Shown: in pieces, positions 25,951-37,934 of the stretch
Layout: every line of letters starts with the position of its first letter
Position numbering within the stretch: the first letter of the stretch is position 1
Assembly: GCF_964194155.1 (NCBI RefSeq)
Contig: NC_135904.1
Coordinates: 30,690,001 to 30,754,000, forward strand
Length of the DNA: 64,000 nt
Reading direction: 5' to 3'
Origin: Cetorhinus maximus
Lineage: Eukaryota
Translations under genes and position numbers: made by a program
Notes under the pieces: model-generated
What the model was told of the DNA's origin: nothing
Database searches by the model: none
What the model saw: only the letters and a program-made list of their open reading frames with translations

Positions 25951-26170
25951 TGCTACTCAAAATAAGAGGTTGTGGTGGAAGAATTATTCCAGGCTGGTCT
26001 CTTGGTTAAAGCTGGTTTATTTCCAAGACGACTCCGCAGTGCAGCCAACTTCCTAGTAGCTTCCACACAAAGTGTTCCAGCTGTTTCTATTTAGATAATT
26101 AATGCCCATCACCTGTTTAACTAACAATTGACTAACAATTGGTTTTAACAAGACGATTGCCATATTAACA
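25951..26170 (-). repeat. 5' LTR of the Copia element
   Basis: Minus strand begins TGTTA and ends TAGCA, contains AATAAA, and abuts the PBS. Confidence 0.75.
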
Positions 26171-27215
26171 AGTGGGAATCAGGGGGAAAACTTGCCACTG
26201 GTTGGAGTCATACCTGGCAAAAACGAAGATGGTTGTGGTTGAGGTCAGTCATCTCTGTCCCAGTACATCACTGCAGGAGTTCCTCAGGGTCGTGTCCTCA
26301 GCCCAATTCCCTCCATCAGAAGGTCAGAAGTGGTGATGTTCACTGATGATTGCACGATGTTCAGCACCATTCATGACTCCTCAGATACTGAAGCAGTCTA
26401 TATCCAAATGCAGCAACACCTGGACAATATCCAGGCTTGGGCTGACAAGTGGCAAGTAGCATTCACGTGACGCTTGTGCCAGGCAATGACCATCTCCAAC
26501 AAGTGAGAATCTAACTATCATCCCTTGACATTCAATGGCATTACCATCACTGAATTCCCCACTATCAACATCCTGGGGGTTACGTTTGACCAGAAGCTGA
26601 ACTGGACTAGCCATATAAATACTGTGGCTACAAGAGCAAGCCAGAGGCTAGGAATCCTTTGGTTAGCAACTCACCTCCTGACTCCCCAAAGCCTATCCAC
26701 CATCTACAAGGCACAAGTCAGGAATGTAATGGAATACTCCCCACTTGCCTGAATGAGTGCAGCTCCCACAACACTCAAGAAGCTTGACACCATCCAGGAC
26801 AAAGCAGCCCACTTGATTGGCACCCATCCACAAACATTCACTCCCTCCGCCACCGACAAACAGTGGCAGCAGTGTGTACCATTTACAAGATGCACTCCAG
26901 AAACTCACCAAGACTCCTGAGGCAGCACCTTACAAACCCACGACCAGTACCACCTAGAAGGACAATGGCAGCAGATACGTGGCAACACCGCCACTTGGAA
27001 GTTCCCCGCCAAGCCACTCAACATCCCAAATAAGAAATATGTCGCTGGGTCAAAATCCTGGAACTCCCTTCCTAACAGCACTGTGGGTGTACCTACACCA
27101 TGTGGACTGCAGCATTGAAGAATGCAGCTCACCACCACCTTCTCAAGGGCAATTGGGAATGGGCAATAAATGTTGGCCTAGCCAGTGACTCCCACATCCA
27201 CTAAATGAATAAAAA
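26171..27215 (+). mobile_element. LINE-B 3' fragment
   Basis: TFNGITITEFPTINILGVTFDQKLNW...IYKAQVRNVMEYSPLA and the conserved tail. Confidence 0.85.
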
Positions 27216-28149
27216 ACATTTCATGACCTACTGCACAGACCATTAACCACAAAGGTACAGTCAATTCAAGTTTTCCACTCTACTGTAACCAGCCAATTAA
27301 TTACATTCCCAACAAATGCCCTGAGCCAACCCAATATTAGGTTAAGCTCTAGGTAAGGGTCTAGTAGATCAATTTTACAAAATTAACACAAGTTCCTATG
27401 AATTTTGAAAGTGGCCATTTGCTCAAAAAAAAGGGATAATACTCTCCCAAATGGGAGGGCCTTTCAACATTCCCTTGGTGCATGAAACAATTGAGACTTG
27501 GCCCTTTCGCATCTTCCCAAGTGCAAGAGGGATAAAGATTACAGACATGACTCAAAGCGTGCCAGGAATGTAGTGGACCATCTTTCAGAGAGCAAGATAG
27601 AGGCTGGCTTTAAAAGGGTTCAAAAGAATTTAATTGGGTCACTCAAATTTACAGTTATATTATCATGCTATTATTGTTACAAAAGCCCCCAAGATTTTTC
27701 TGTTAAGGACATCAGATATCTATTATTATAGCTAGTTTTCAGCTATAGCCAACACTGCATTAATGACTCCAAGTTGGTTCAAAGTACATTAACTCAAGTT
27801 TCACTTTATGCAATGGTTCTTTTGCCAAAAAACATGGCCAAGGACTTGACACCCACTGTAAGCCAGATGGTAAATGTGCATCAGCTGATTTTAATCTGAG
27901 CATCACTGTATTCCCACAAATGGAAACCTCATATAAGCAAAATTAGCATGGAGGTAAATAGTTCTAAGGGACGGTGCCAATTCTTCAAAAACAATCAGCT
28001 GGGTGATTGATAAGCCCTAACAGAAGAGAATGTTCTCTACTTGGGGCACCTTCTGCAAGATAAAATGGATTATTTTTAATAAAACAGTGCATTGCATAGT
28101 ATTCATAGAGTATTTTTGCATAGGATAGAAACAATATGCAGGGTTTTTT

Positions 28150-28920
28150 TTTCAATATTCTTTCATGAGATGTGAGCGACACTGACAAGGCCAGCATTTG
28201 TTGCCCATCCTTAACTGCCCTTGAGAAGGTAGTGGTGAGCTGCTTTCTTGAAATGCTGAATTCCATGTGGTGTAGGTACACCCACAGTGCTGTTAGGAAC
28301 AGAGTTCCAGAATTTTGATTCAATAACAGTGAAGGAATGGCGATATAGTTCCAAGTCAGGATTAATGTGTGGTTTGGAGGGGAACTTGCAGTTGGCAGTG
28401 TGCCATGTGTACGGTGCCCTTTTCCTTATAGGCAAAAGGGGTCACAGGTTTGGTGGGTGCTGTCAAAAGAAGGCCTGGCAAGTTGCTGCAGTGCATCTTG
28501 TATATCGTTCACACTGCTGCCACAGTGCGTCAGTGGTAAAGGGAGTGAATACTTAAATGTAGTGGATAGGTGCTGATCAATTGGATTGCTTTGTCCTGGA
28601 TGGTGTCAAGCTTCTTGAGTGTTGTTGGAGCCGCACTCATCCAGGCAAGTGGAGAGTATTCCATCACACTCCTGACTGGTGCCTTGCAGGTGGTGGACAG
28701 CCTTTGAGGAGTCAGGTGGTGAGTTACTCACCACATAATTCTCAGCCTCTGTCCTGCTCTTGTAGCCAAAGTACTGATATGGTTGGTCCAGTTCAATTTC
28801 TGGTCAGTGGTAACATGTTGATGGTGGAGGGATTGAGCCAGGTAATGCCATTGAATGTCAAGGGAAGATGGTTAGATTTCCTCTCTTCATTGCCTGGCAC
28901 ATGTGTGGCATGAATGTTAC
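28150..28920 (-). mobile_element. LINE-B 3' fragment
   Basis: Reverse complement of the LINE-B RT C-terminus and tail. Confidence 0.85.
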
Positions 28921-30165
28921 TTAAGTATTTATTAAGATATTTACATGTTAGAGAGGAATAAAGGGATGGTCCATGTTGGGATGGCAGTAATTGAAGAACA
29001 TGCATAATTCAACTCAAGAAAATAAAGGGTGTTTAACTATTCTGAGTAAACTGAACAAGAATACATAATTTCAAGGCATTCTCTTCAAGGACGGTGTATA
29101 ACTTAACCCATCATGGACAACATCCAACACACAAAATGACAGTAAGCAACCAACCAACATTTTCATGTAGAGCTCTGTGAAACGTCCCCCAACTCTCAGA
29201 ATAATCCCACCATACAACTAAATCTTACAACTATGAACAATTGTGTGCACAGATAACTTACAGCATCAACTGCAGATAAACTAGCTTGTTCCACAGAATA
29301 TATTTGACAATGCGCACATCCATATACTTTCTAAAGTTTTGTTTCTCTTCAAAAGCAGTTAATAAAACTGATAAATTATTCAGCTGTGACTGTTACTTCA
29401 TCCGCTAGCCAGGATGGGGAGCGGGGAAATACATCTTTAAGTCTCTACTCTTACTTGAAGGTTGGTAGTTTTGTGATTCTTTAGTTCATTAGACAATCCA
29501 ACTATCCAAGTTAAACAACATGTCTTTGTCCACTTTTGCAATGATTGCCATCATCTTATGGAACCAAATCAGATCCCCAATCAAAACGCCCCCCAGTTTT
29601 CCAACCAATGACTAAACTGTGGTGCACAAGCATTTCTAAAGGTAGGGCTCCCAAAATTTGATAACTGGATGTTTGTGAGGATTATTAAATATCCTTTACA
29701 GAAATCGATGTAGGTGACCCCATTGGCTTTCAGCAGCTCATTTTCAATCATTTGTTTGAAGTCACCACTTGACAATTGGGGTGGGGGGGGTGGGAAACAA
29801 ATGAAGGCTGTGCATAGTGGAATCCTTTCTTGTTCCCTTTGGACAAACAGTTTCAGCTCCAGACAAACTTTTGATGTGTTAAGAATAAACGCAATTACTT
29901 TTCCGAGTGGAACAGGAATTTTGAGGCCTGCCTACTGTTGGACCGGATCCCAATAGAACCAAGAACAACTGGGGCTTGGAGTCCTCCAGATAAAATGAAT
30001 GATTTACATCAACTGGCCTGGGCTCTCCAGATAAATTATCGATTTATATCAAGTCCTACCAGTGACAGTGAATAGTGCAGAAAATAAATGGGAACTTTTG
30101 TTTGGGAGGCAGTGACCACAGGGGGTGTCTGGGTGGGTTGGAGAATCAGGGAAGTGCCTGGGTCA

Positions 30166-31955
30166 CCCCTCACCCCCCACCCCATCCCATCCCCTCACCC
30201 CACCCCCTCCCCTCACTCCCTACCCCATCCCACCCCACCCCCTCACCCTTCACCTCACCCCACCCCCTCACCCTTCACCTCACCCCACCCCACCTCACCC
30301 TTCACCTCACCCCACCCCACCTCACCCTTCACCTCACCCCACCCCACCTCACCCTTCACCTCACCCCACCCCACCCTTCACCTCACCCCACCCCACCTCA
30401 CCCTTCACCTCACCCCACCCCACCTCACCCTTCACCTCACCCCACCCCACCTCACCCCACCCCCTCACCCTTCACCTCACCTCAACCCACCCCCTCACCC
30501 TTCACCTCACCCCACCTCCTCACCCTTCACCTCACCCCACCCCCTCACCCTTCACCTCACCCCACCCCCTCACCCTTCACCTCACCCCACCCCCTCACCC
30601 TTCACCTCACCCCACCCCCTCACCCTTCACCTCACCCCACCCCCTCACCCTTCACCTCACCCCACCCCCTCACCCTTCACCTCACCCCACCCCCTCACCC
30701 TTCACCTCACCCCACCCCCTCACCCTTCACCTCACCCCACCCCCTCACCCTTCACCTCACCCCACCCCCTCACCCTTCACCTCACCCCACCCCCTCACCC
30801 TTCACCTCACCCCACCCCCTCACCCTTCACCTCACCCCACCCCCTCACCCTTCACCTCACCCCACCCCCTCACCCTTCACCTCACCCCACCCCCTCACCC
30901 TTCACCTCACCCCACCCCCTCACCCTTCACCTCACCCCACCCCCTCACCCTTCACCTCATCCCACCCCCTCACCCTTCACCTCATCCCACCCCCTCACCC
31001 TTCACCTCATCCCACCCCCTCACCCTTCACCTCATCCCACCCCCTCACCCTTCACCTCATCCCACCCCCTCACCCTTCACCTCATCCCACCCCCTCACCC
31101 TTCACCTCATCCCACCCCCTCACCCTTCACCTCATCCCACCCCCTCACCCTTCACCTCATCCCACCCCCTCACCCTTCACCTCATCCCACCCCCTCACCC
31201 TTCACCTCATCCCACCCCCTCACCCTTCACCTCATCCCACCCCCTCACCCTTCACCTCATCCCACCCCCTCACCCTTCACCTCATCCCACCCCCTCACCC
31301 TTCACCTCATCCCACCCCCTCACCCTTCACCTCATCCCACCCCCTCATCCCACCCCCTCACCCTACCCCCTCNNNNNNNNNNNNNNNNNNNNNNNNNNNN
31401 NNNNNNNNNNNNNNNNNNNNNNNNNNNNNNNNNNNNNNNNNNNNNNNNNNNNNNNNNNNNNNNNNNNNNNNNNNNNNNNNNNNNNNNNNNNNNNNNNNNN
31501 NNNNNNNNNNNNNNNNNNNNNNNNNNNNATCCCACCCCCTCACCCCACCACCTCACCCCACCACCTCATCCCACCCCTACCACCCCATCCCACCCCCTCA
31601 CCCCCTATCACCCCATCCCACCCCCTACCACTCCTACCACCCCATCCCACCCCCTCACCCCCTACCACCCCATCCCACCCCCTCACCCCCTATCACCCCA
31701 TCCCACCCCCTACCACCCCTATCACCCCATCCCACCCCCTACCACCCCTATCACCCCATCCCACCCCCTCACCCCCTATCACCCCATCCCACCCCCTCAC
31801 CCCCTACCACCTCATCCCACCCCCTACCACCCAATCCCACCACCCCATCCCCCCCTCCCTCATCCCACCCCATCCCCCCTCCCTCATCCCACCCTCCCAT
31901 CACCCCATCCCACCCCCCCTCACCTCACCTCACCCCCCACCCCATCACCCCCTCA
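30166..31955. repeat. C-rich minisatellite (core unit 25 bp, cccaccccctcacccttcacctcac/t) at the start of lamin intron 1
   Basis: Highly regular 25-bp period from about 30530 to 31345, with shorter and degenerate units on both sides; includes an N gap. Confidence 0.95.
31373..31528. other. Assembly gap (156 N)
   Basis: Run of N inside the minisatellite. Confidence 0.99.
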
Positions 31956-31956
31956 C

Positions 31957-32312
31957 CTCTCCTGTAAGCGGCGGTGCTCCTCGGAGACCCTGCCCAGCTC
32001 CACCTGCAGCCGAGCCCGCTCGTTGGCCGTCCGGTCCAGCAGCTGCCTGGCGTCGGCCAGCTCGGTCTCGAAGAGGGAGCGGGCGAGGCGGAACTCGGCG
32101 CTGTCCGCCTCCTGCGACTCGGCCAGCCGCTGCAGCAGCGCCCGCTTCTCGCCCTCCAGGCAGCGGATCCGCTCGATGTAGGCGGCCAGCCGGTCGTTGA
32201 GCTGCCGCAGCTCCTCCTTCTCCTGCAGGCGGCTCAGGCGGAGCGGGCTCTGCTTCCCCGCGACCCTCCCGGAGCCCGGCCGGCGCTGGGGGGTGGAGGC
32301 TCTCAGAGCCAT
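31957..32312 (-). CDS. lmnl3: Lamin LIII-like gene, first coding exon (356 nt): head and coil 1A/1B start
   Basis: MALRASTP...SPLRLSRLQEKEELRQLNDRLAAYIERIR...ETELADARQLLDRTANERARLQVELGRV, donor AG|gtgagg. The CDK1 site SPLR and the LNDRLA motif are present. LLDxTANERARLQVELG best matches lamin LIII as I recall it, and the extra intron of LMNB2 is absent. Lamin identity is secure; the paralog call is likely. Confidence 0.92.
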
Positions 32313-32330
32313 TGCTTCAGCGGCGCTGGG
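31960..32330. promoter_or_regulatory. CpG-island-like GC-rich segment over the first coding exon
   Basis: Very high GC and CpG density against an AT-rich, CpG-poor background (judged by eye). Confidence 0.7.
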
Positions 32331-32842
32331 GTGGGTGGGTGGGGGGTAATTTAGCAGAGCCCTTCCCTGAATTAAGGTTCAGCTCAGCTCACCCAATGGC
32401 ACTCAGACCACAGCTGCACACAGCTGTCCAGTGGCTCAGTCAAAACCACAGCTGCCCAGTCACTGTCCAAGAATAAAAGTCAGGAATTGCATTTCCACCC
32501 CAAGAGCCATCACTGCGTCTCTATGGGACCCAACACAGGAAGAGACATGTTCCCTGTCTGGGAGGACAGGGTGAGTGGCCATTGGGTTGTGGTTGATTAT
32601 AGTATCACATGACTCCAATAAAAAAAGGTCTCCCAGTTTACCCCCTAAAGACTGTTTCCATAGCTGCACTATTTAAAGGTCTATCCCTTAACGCGTTGAC
32701 GGGCGTCTGAAGCCTTGCCAAGTTTGAGCAATGGCCAGGGTATAGCTCACGTGGTTTAAAGCCCTCCTTATTTCGGGCCACGAGCACTGGGGACAGATTT
32801 TTGGAGCTGTGCCTATTTTATTTTTTTTTTGGACAGGCGTAG

Positions 32843-32960
32843 CCGAAGGGTCGTGAGGACTCGAAACGTCGACTCTTTTCTTCCGCTGCCGGACCTGCTG
32901 AGTTTTTCCAGGTAGTTCTAGTTTTTGTTTTTCGGATTTCCAGCCTCCGCAGTAGCTTTT
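32843..32960 (+). mobile_element. Penelope-derived hammerhead element truncated within the core
   Basis: gccgaagggtcgtgaggactcgaaacgtcgactc...ctgctgagtttttccagg; lacks the initial CU of the core. Confidence 0.75.
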
Positions 32961-33084
32961 AGCTTTGTTTTTTTTTTAATCTCTGAGCTAATGGTGAGTG
33001 TCGCCAAACAGGGAAAAAAACTCCCACAAGGGTCACCCCACCCGAGGAGGCAGCCAAGATCCTGCATGCCTTTCCTTATCAACA

Positions 33085-33805
33085 CACATAAGGAGGCTCT
33101 GGACCCGGGCGACCAGCTTTCCCTTATTTTAAGGGATTGTTCCTTATTTTCACTCACATGTCCCTACATAAGGAGACTCTGGACCTGGGTGACCAGCTTT
33201 CCCTTATTTTAAGGGATTGTTCCTTATTTTCACTCACATGTCCCTACATAAGGAGACTCTGGACCTGGGTAACCAGCTTTCCCTTATTTTAAGGGATTGT
33301 TCCTTATTTTCACTCACATGTCCCTACATAAGGAGACTCTGGACCTGAGTGACCAGCTTTCCCTTATTTTAAGGGATTGTTCCTTATTTTCACTCACATG
33401 TCCCTACATAAGGAGACTCTGGACCTGGGTAACCAGCTGTCCCTTATTTTAAGGGATTGTTCCTTATTTTCACTCACATGTCCCTACATAAGGAGACTCT
33501 GGACCTGGGTGACCAGCTTTCCCTTATTTTAAAGGATTGTTCCTTATTTTCACTCACATGTCCCTACGTAAGAAGACTCTGGACCTGGTTGACCAGCTTT
33601 CCCTTATTTTAAAGGATTGTTCCTTATTTTCACTCACATGTCCCTACATAAGAAGACTCTGGACCTGATTGACCAGCTTTCCCTTATTTTAAAGGATTGT
33701 TCCTTATTTTCACTCACATGTCCCTACATAAGGAGACTCTGGACCTGGGTGACCAGCTTTCCCTTATTTTAAAGGATTGTTCCTTATTTTGACTCACATA
33801 TCCCT
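33085..33805. repeat. 80-bp minisatellite, about 9 copies, upstream of the lamin start codon
   Basis: cccttatttt recurs at 33121, 33201, 33281 ... 33761; the units are nearly identical. Confidence 0.95.
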
Positions 33806-34446
33806 TCCCTTTTGTCCCTTATTTGTAGGACAGACTGTGGGAGACCAAGCCTGGGAGTGTCCTAGCAGGCAAATTTGCCTCTCTTTTTCCCCCCCCCACC
33901 GTGCACATGCACACTGTGGCCGATGGTCAGCAGAGGAGTTATGATCAGCACCCCTCCCCTGCTCTTCTGGGCACTGCCCTCCCATATTCGCTCAGCTAGC
34001 AGAAGTGTTATTTTATTTCCTAAGAGTTGGTCAGCCTGTGTGAACGGGTGTGCACAATATTATCAAAGAAAACTCGTCAAGGTCCCCACGAGGGGCACAA
34101 CTGAGCTAAATCATAAAAGAAAAGAAAATTTGGCAAACAAAATAATATGTTGACCCTGTGTTGACTATGCACTCCAGTTCCTGTGGTGCCCACCAGTCAT
34201 CGCAAGCCTCAAGCATAAAAACAGATACCCCTTCCTGCTTCAGCAGGGCCACCCAGGTACAGATAAGGCCATGGAAGATTGGGAAGCAACCAGATTTTGG
34301 GTGGGAGATTTTAAGCGACCAGCTTTAAGCAAGACGTGTTAATCACATGATAAGGACCTATTCCACATATCACCTCAAGGTAAAATATCAACATTCGATA
34401 TTTCTAGTTTGCAGCCTCGCTATCACTGATTTTGAAAAAAAAATAA

Positions 34447-34870
34447 AGAATTGCACTTATGGGCATCCTTCATGACTACAGGATGTCCCAAAATGCTTTG
34501 CAGCCAATGAAGGACTTTCGAAGTGTCGTCACTGTTGTAATGTAAGAAACATGGCAACCAATTTGCACACAGCAAGTTCCCACAATGTGATGATGACCAG
34601 GTCGGCAGGTTGATAAGCTATAAACATCAGCCAGGACACTTGAGATAACACCCCTGCTCTTCTCTGAAATAGTGCCCTGGGATCTTTCACATCTACCCGA
34701 GAGAGTCAGCAGGGCCTCAGTTCAACATCTCATTTGAAAGACAACGCCTCTGACAGGGTAGGACTCCCTCAGTACTGTACTGGAGTGTCAGCCTTGATTT
34801 TTGTACTTAAAATCCTGAAGCAAGACTTGAACACATAACCTTCTGACTTCAAAGTAGGAGTATTACTAAT
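34447..34870 (-). mobile_element. Deu-domain tRNA-derived SINE (SacSINE1/AmnSINE1-like)
   Basis: B box gttcaagtc followed by the recognisable Deu-like body (aggctgacactccagtacagtactgagggag...ctttcaaatgagatgttgaac...gatcccagggcactattt). Confidence 0.75.
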
Positions 34871-35509
34871 TGTGAAACTGCAAGGTGCCAAGTGACTGTT
34901 GTACTTTAGTTATTGATTGTGTCTTAAGATGGACTTGCACTTCACAGAAGGAAAACTGAAACTGTTTCATGCCAACATTAAATGTGGAATGCAAATCGGG
35001 AGTGAAAGCTTAAAGTTCCTGAAGTGAAGCAGAAAATTCCCTCCTTCGGGGAGCCTGATTCTGCTTCATTTCACTGTTACTTTAGGCTCTAACACCAATT
35101 TCTGACTACATGTACACTCTAATTGCTTTATTCTAAATACATTCTTGGCCTCAGCTCCTGGTAACATTGGATGCCCTTACCTATTAGAAATCATTGCCTT
35201 AAAGTTTCCCCTTATGTCAGCATTCACACTTTAATCGTTAATGATCTTCTGCTCAGGTATTTTCAGTTATTAAGAATCCCACTAGCACAGTGCTTTGCCC
35301 AATCATTTGAATAAGTGTGCATGAAACTGTGGGACCTCCTACTTCAGATCATTGAGGTTGACGGGCTGAATGGCTTTTCCCAAATCCATGTTCATTTACC
35401 GTTTTTTTTGAGATGCCACCTGAGTTATGCCATAAAACTAATATAGCAGGTGTTAGAGATAAATCTGACAGGGATGCAGTATTTGAAGGTGTGCAGCATT
35501 ATCTTTTTA

Positions 35510-36559
35510 TAATGTGTCTTTGGGGCTTGATTGGGGGCCCTGGATTGTGGACTCCATCGGCTGTTTCCCAGATGTGCCTGCAAAAGCAAAGAGAGATAAT
35601 TAGTGCATGGAAGTGGCCTGTGTCACTCACAGCATGGTTGTCTGATAGATGTTGCACTGCTGGATCCTCACTTGGTTGAGCACCACCGACCTCACTGTCA
35701 GCACAGGAACGTTCCAGATCTTTGCCAGCCAGCTGGATGACTCTATTTTCAAAGTCCGTGAGGACCTTAATTTCAAGCATTTTTCCACCAGTCTGTGACT
35801 TCTCCCTCTTGTGTGCCAGCTTGTCCTGCGTGAATAGAGATGGGGAGAGTGTAAGCAGGATGCCTGCCAGGCCAGACGATAAGTATGCCTGGCATGTGTG
35901 GGTGGTGAATGGTCCCATGGACAGGATGGGGACAATGAAGGTGAGTGTGAGAAAATGAATGGTGATGTCCCTGGAACTGGCAGTGAGTGAGAGCCCTGTG
36001 GATGTGTGATAGGTTTGTGAATGTGTTAGTTGAGAGTGATGAGAAGAGTAACTTACCCTGGTGGAACAGAGGAGATCATTCATCCTCTTTTGGCACGGGG
36101 TGGCTGTCCTCTTTTGCAGGGTGTTGGCACTGACCACCACTGCCACTGCTGGATTGTTAATGTTGCTGCCCCTCCTGCGGCCAGAGCAGGGGTAGAGGAC
36201 ATCACAGCGAGTCTCTAAAGGGTCCAAATTGTGCTCGAGGGGTGCATCACTAAACCGGGGGGCTGCAGTCCTCTTGCCTTTTGGGGCCATGTCTTCTTTG
36301 CAGCAGCCCTGGGCTATGAGCACTGAGACATGTGCGCGCATCTGCACTTTAAATATGGCGCCCAGCATGAGGAAGCAGCGAGGTGACGGCGTGACAGGAG
36401 AATGAGAGCCCACCCGCCATGGAAACAGCGTGCTTCCTGGGAATGCCTGATGAAGAAGGTGGGATTAGGGCAATACGGCGTGAAAAGCCACCATTGCAGC
36501 CAGCGGGTAAAACACTCTTTTGCCCTCCCACTTAGTGCAAACCTGGGACGATTCCGCCC
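35510..36559 (-). mobile_element. Partial PIF/Harbinger element (terminus plus 5' part of the Myb/SANT gene)
   Basis: Colinear with 42406-43470; terminus gggcggaatc; MAPKGKRTAAPRFSD...KRTATPCQKRMNDL. Confidence 0.85.
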
Positions 36560-37022
36560 AATGTCTAATTTACAACTTTCCTTTTCTCTGCATATTGAAA
36601 TTAAATCACTCGACTGCAATCGCTTTGTGCCTGGCAAAGGCGCCATTGAGCTGGTCTGGTGCTCCTACCTCACTATTGTTCTGTTGCAGGAACCTGGGAG
36701 GTGGGAAGCTGCTGGTTATCCAGAGGCTACTTCAGATGGCCATGATGAGCTGTGTCCTGGTGTTGGCTCAGATAGTACCTATTTGGGATGAAAAGAGGCA
36801 CTGGGTAATAAGATAGCAGCAGAACAAGTGTCCTGTCAACCTAAGAAAGGACAGTGTGAGTTTCTCCTATGTAGCCAATGCCACTGTCATGGGGCAGCAT
36901 TTCTACCCTGTCTCTGCTTTTTGTGAGAATAGAGCGAATGAGTATTGTGAAGCTCTGGATGTTTCTATCAATGCTCTCCTTTGATTGAAGGATGATGATA
37001 TCCTGGATCCTAGAACCATGAT

Positions 37023-37620
37023 GTAACAATTATGGTTTTATTTAGTGTGTAATGTACCTTTAAGAATAATACTTGTTAAGGAAGATCACATTCCTTGGCA
37101 ACCAAGCTAGCGCATTTTCTTTTTCATTACAGGACCTCCTCTCATACAACAACAGGTGTCACACCTGCGGAGTTATTGTTGAAACGCCATCACAGGACGA
37201 GATGGAGCTTAATAATGCCGAATTTAGAGGGGAAGGTGGAAAGGAGTCAGAGAAGCCAGAAAACTAGTCACAACTGGCATAGTCACGAGAGGAATTTTAC
37301 CATGGGAGAGTCAGCATACATGAAAAATTTTGGAGAAGGACCAAAATGGTTATCGGGTGAAATCTATCTTACCACGTGGATGTGGAAGGCCGGATCATCC
37401 ATAAACATGTGGACCATTTAAGGAAGGGAGAGACAGATCTCCAAGATTTGGTTCCACCAGTGATCATGATCGGATCTGCGTTTCCTGTTGAGGATACTCA
37501 ACCCAAGGCTGACATGTCTGATGTTCCTGTAAGAGTTGAGGATACAGAACTGCAAGTGCCCACCGAAGCACCTGATATTCCGGCAACTCCAGAAAAGTTG
37601 AAAACACACGTGTAGTTGCT
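37023..37620 (+). mobile_element. Gypsy relic: LTR-like start and integrase C-terminus
   Basis: LAHFLFHYRTSSHTTTGVTPAELL...KNFGEGPKWLSG...HKHVDHLR. Confidence 0.7.
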
Positions 37621-37934
37621 GCTGAGTATATTGTAAATAAGCTTAAAGTTTCCACCCAAGAAGTGCCTGCAGATCATTAATAGCACAACTCGGCCACCCT
37701 ACAACACATGATGAAAGCCACCTTGAGGTTGAAGCAAAGATGTCAGAGTTGTGACCAGGGGCTCAATCATTGTGGGTCCCACTGCAGTACTTAATCCATG
37801 ATTGACTATATAGTGTCCATGGGGTGCTGGATAACCCCACACTAACTAGAGCTGGTTTCCTCCATGCTCTGTGCCATTGCATGCGAGCTTCCTGGCAGGC
37901 TGCCCAGTACAGTTAGAAGGTGCTGATGTACAGC

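Larger units (their letters stand above)
20462..26170 (-). mobile_element. Ty1/Copia LTR retrotransposon, degenerate, 3' LTR missing
   Basis: Domain order gag (YPPIL..YQQW; CFRCDFQYHYAINC), protease (AVLDSGC), integrase (AMDLKVW, FIDMATRFS, FTDNGEF, ERN), RT (KARLVA, YGLNNASRVWY, MHVDDFLWGG), RNase H (IFSDASHAN). Integrase before RT defines Copia. Confidence 0.9.

Noticed and set aside
29982-30053. Short direct duplication (ctccagataaa...gattta.atcaa)
   Set aside because: Two diverged copies only; ordinary local duplication.
30075-32200. Three 630-697 aa Pro/His-rich ORFs on the plus strand
   Set aside because: Artefacts of a stop-free C-rich minisatellite plus an N gap, open in all three frames and antisense to lamin exon 1.
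33085-33805. Regular repeat array as a possible CRISPR
   Set aside because: Units are contiguous and near-identical with no unique spacers, there are no cas genes, and the context is eukaryotic.
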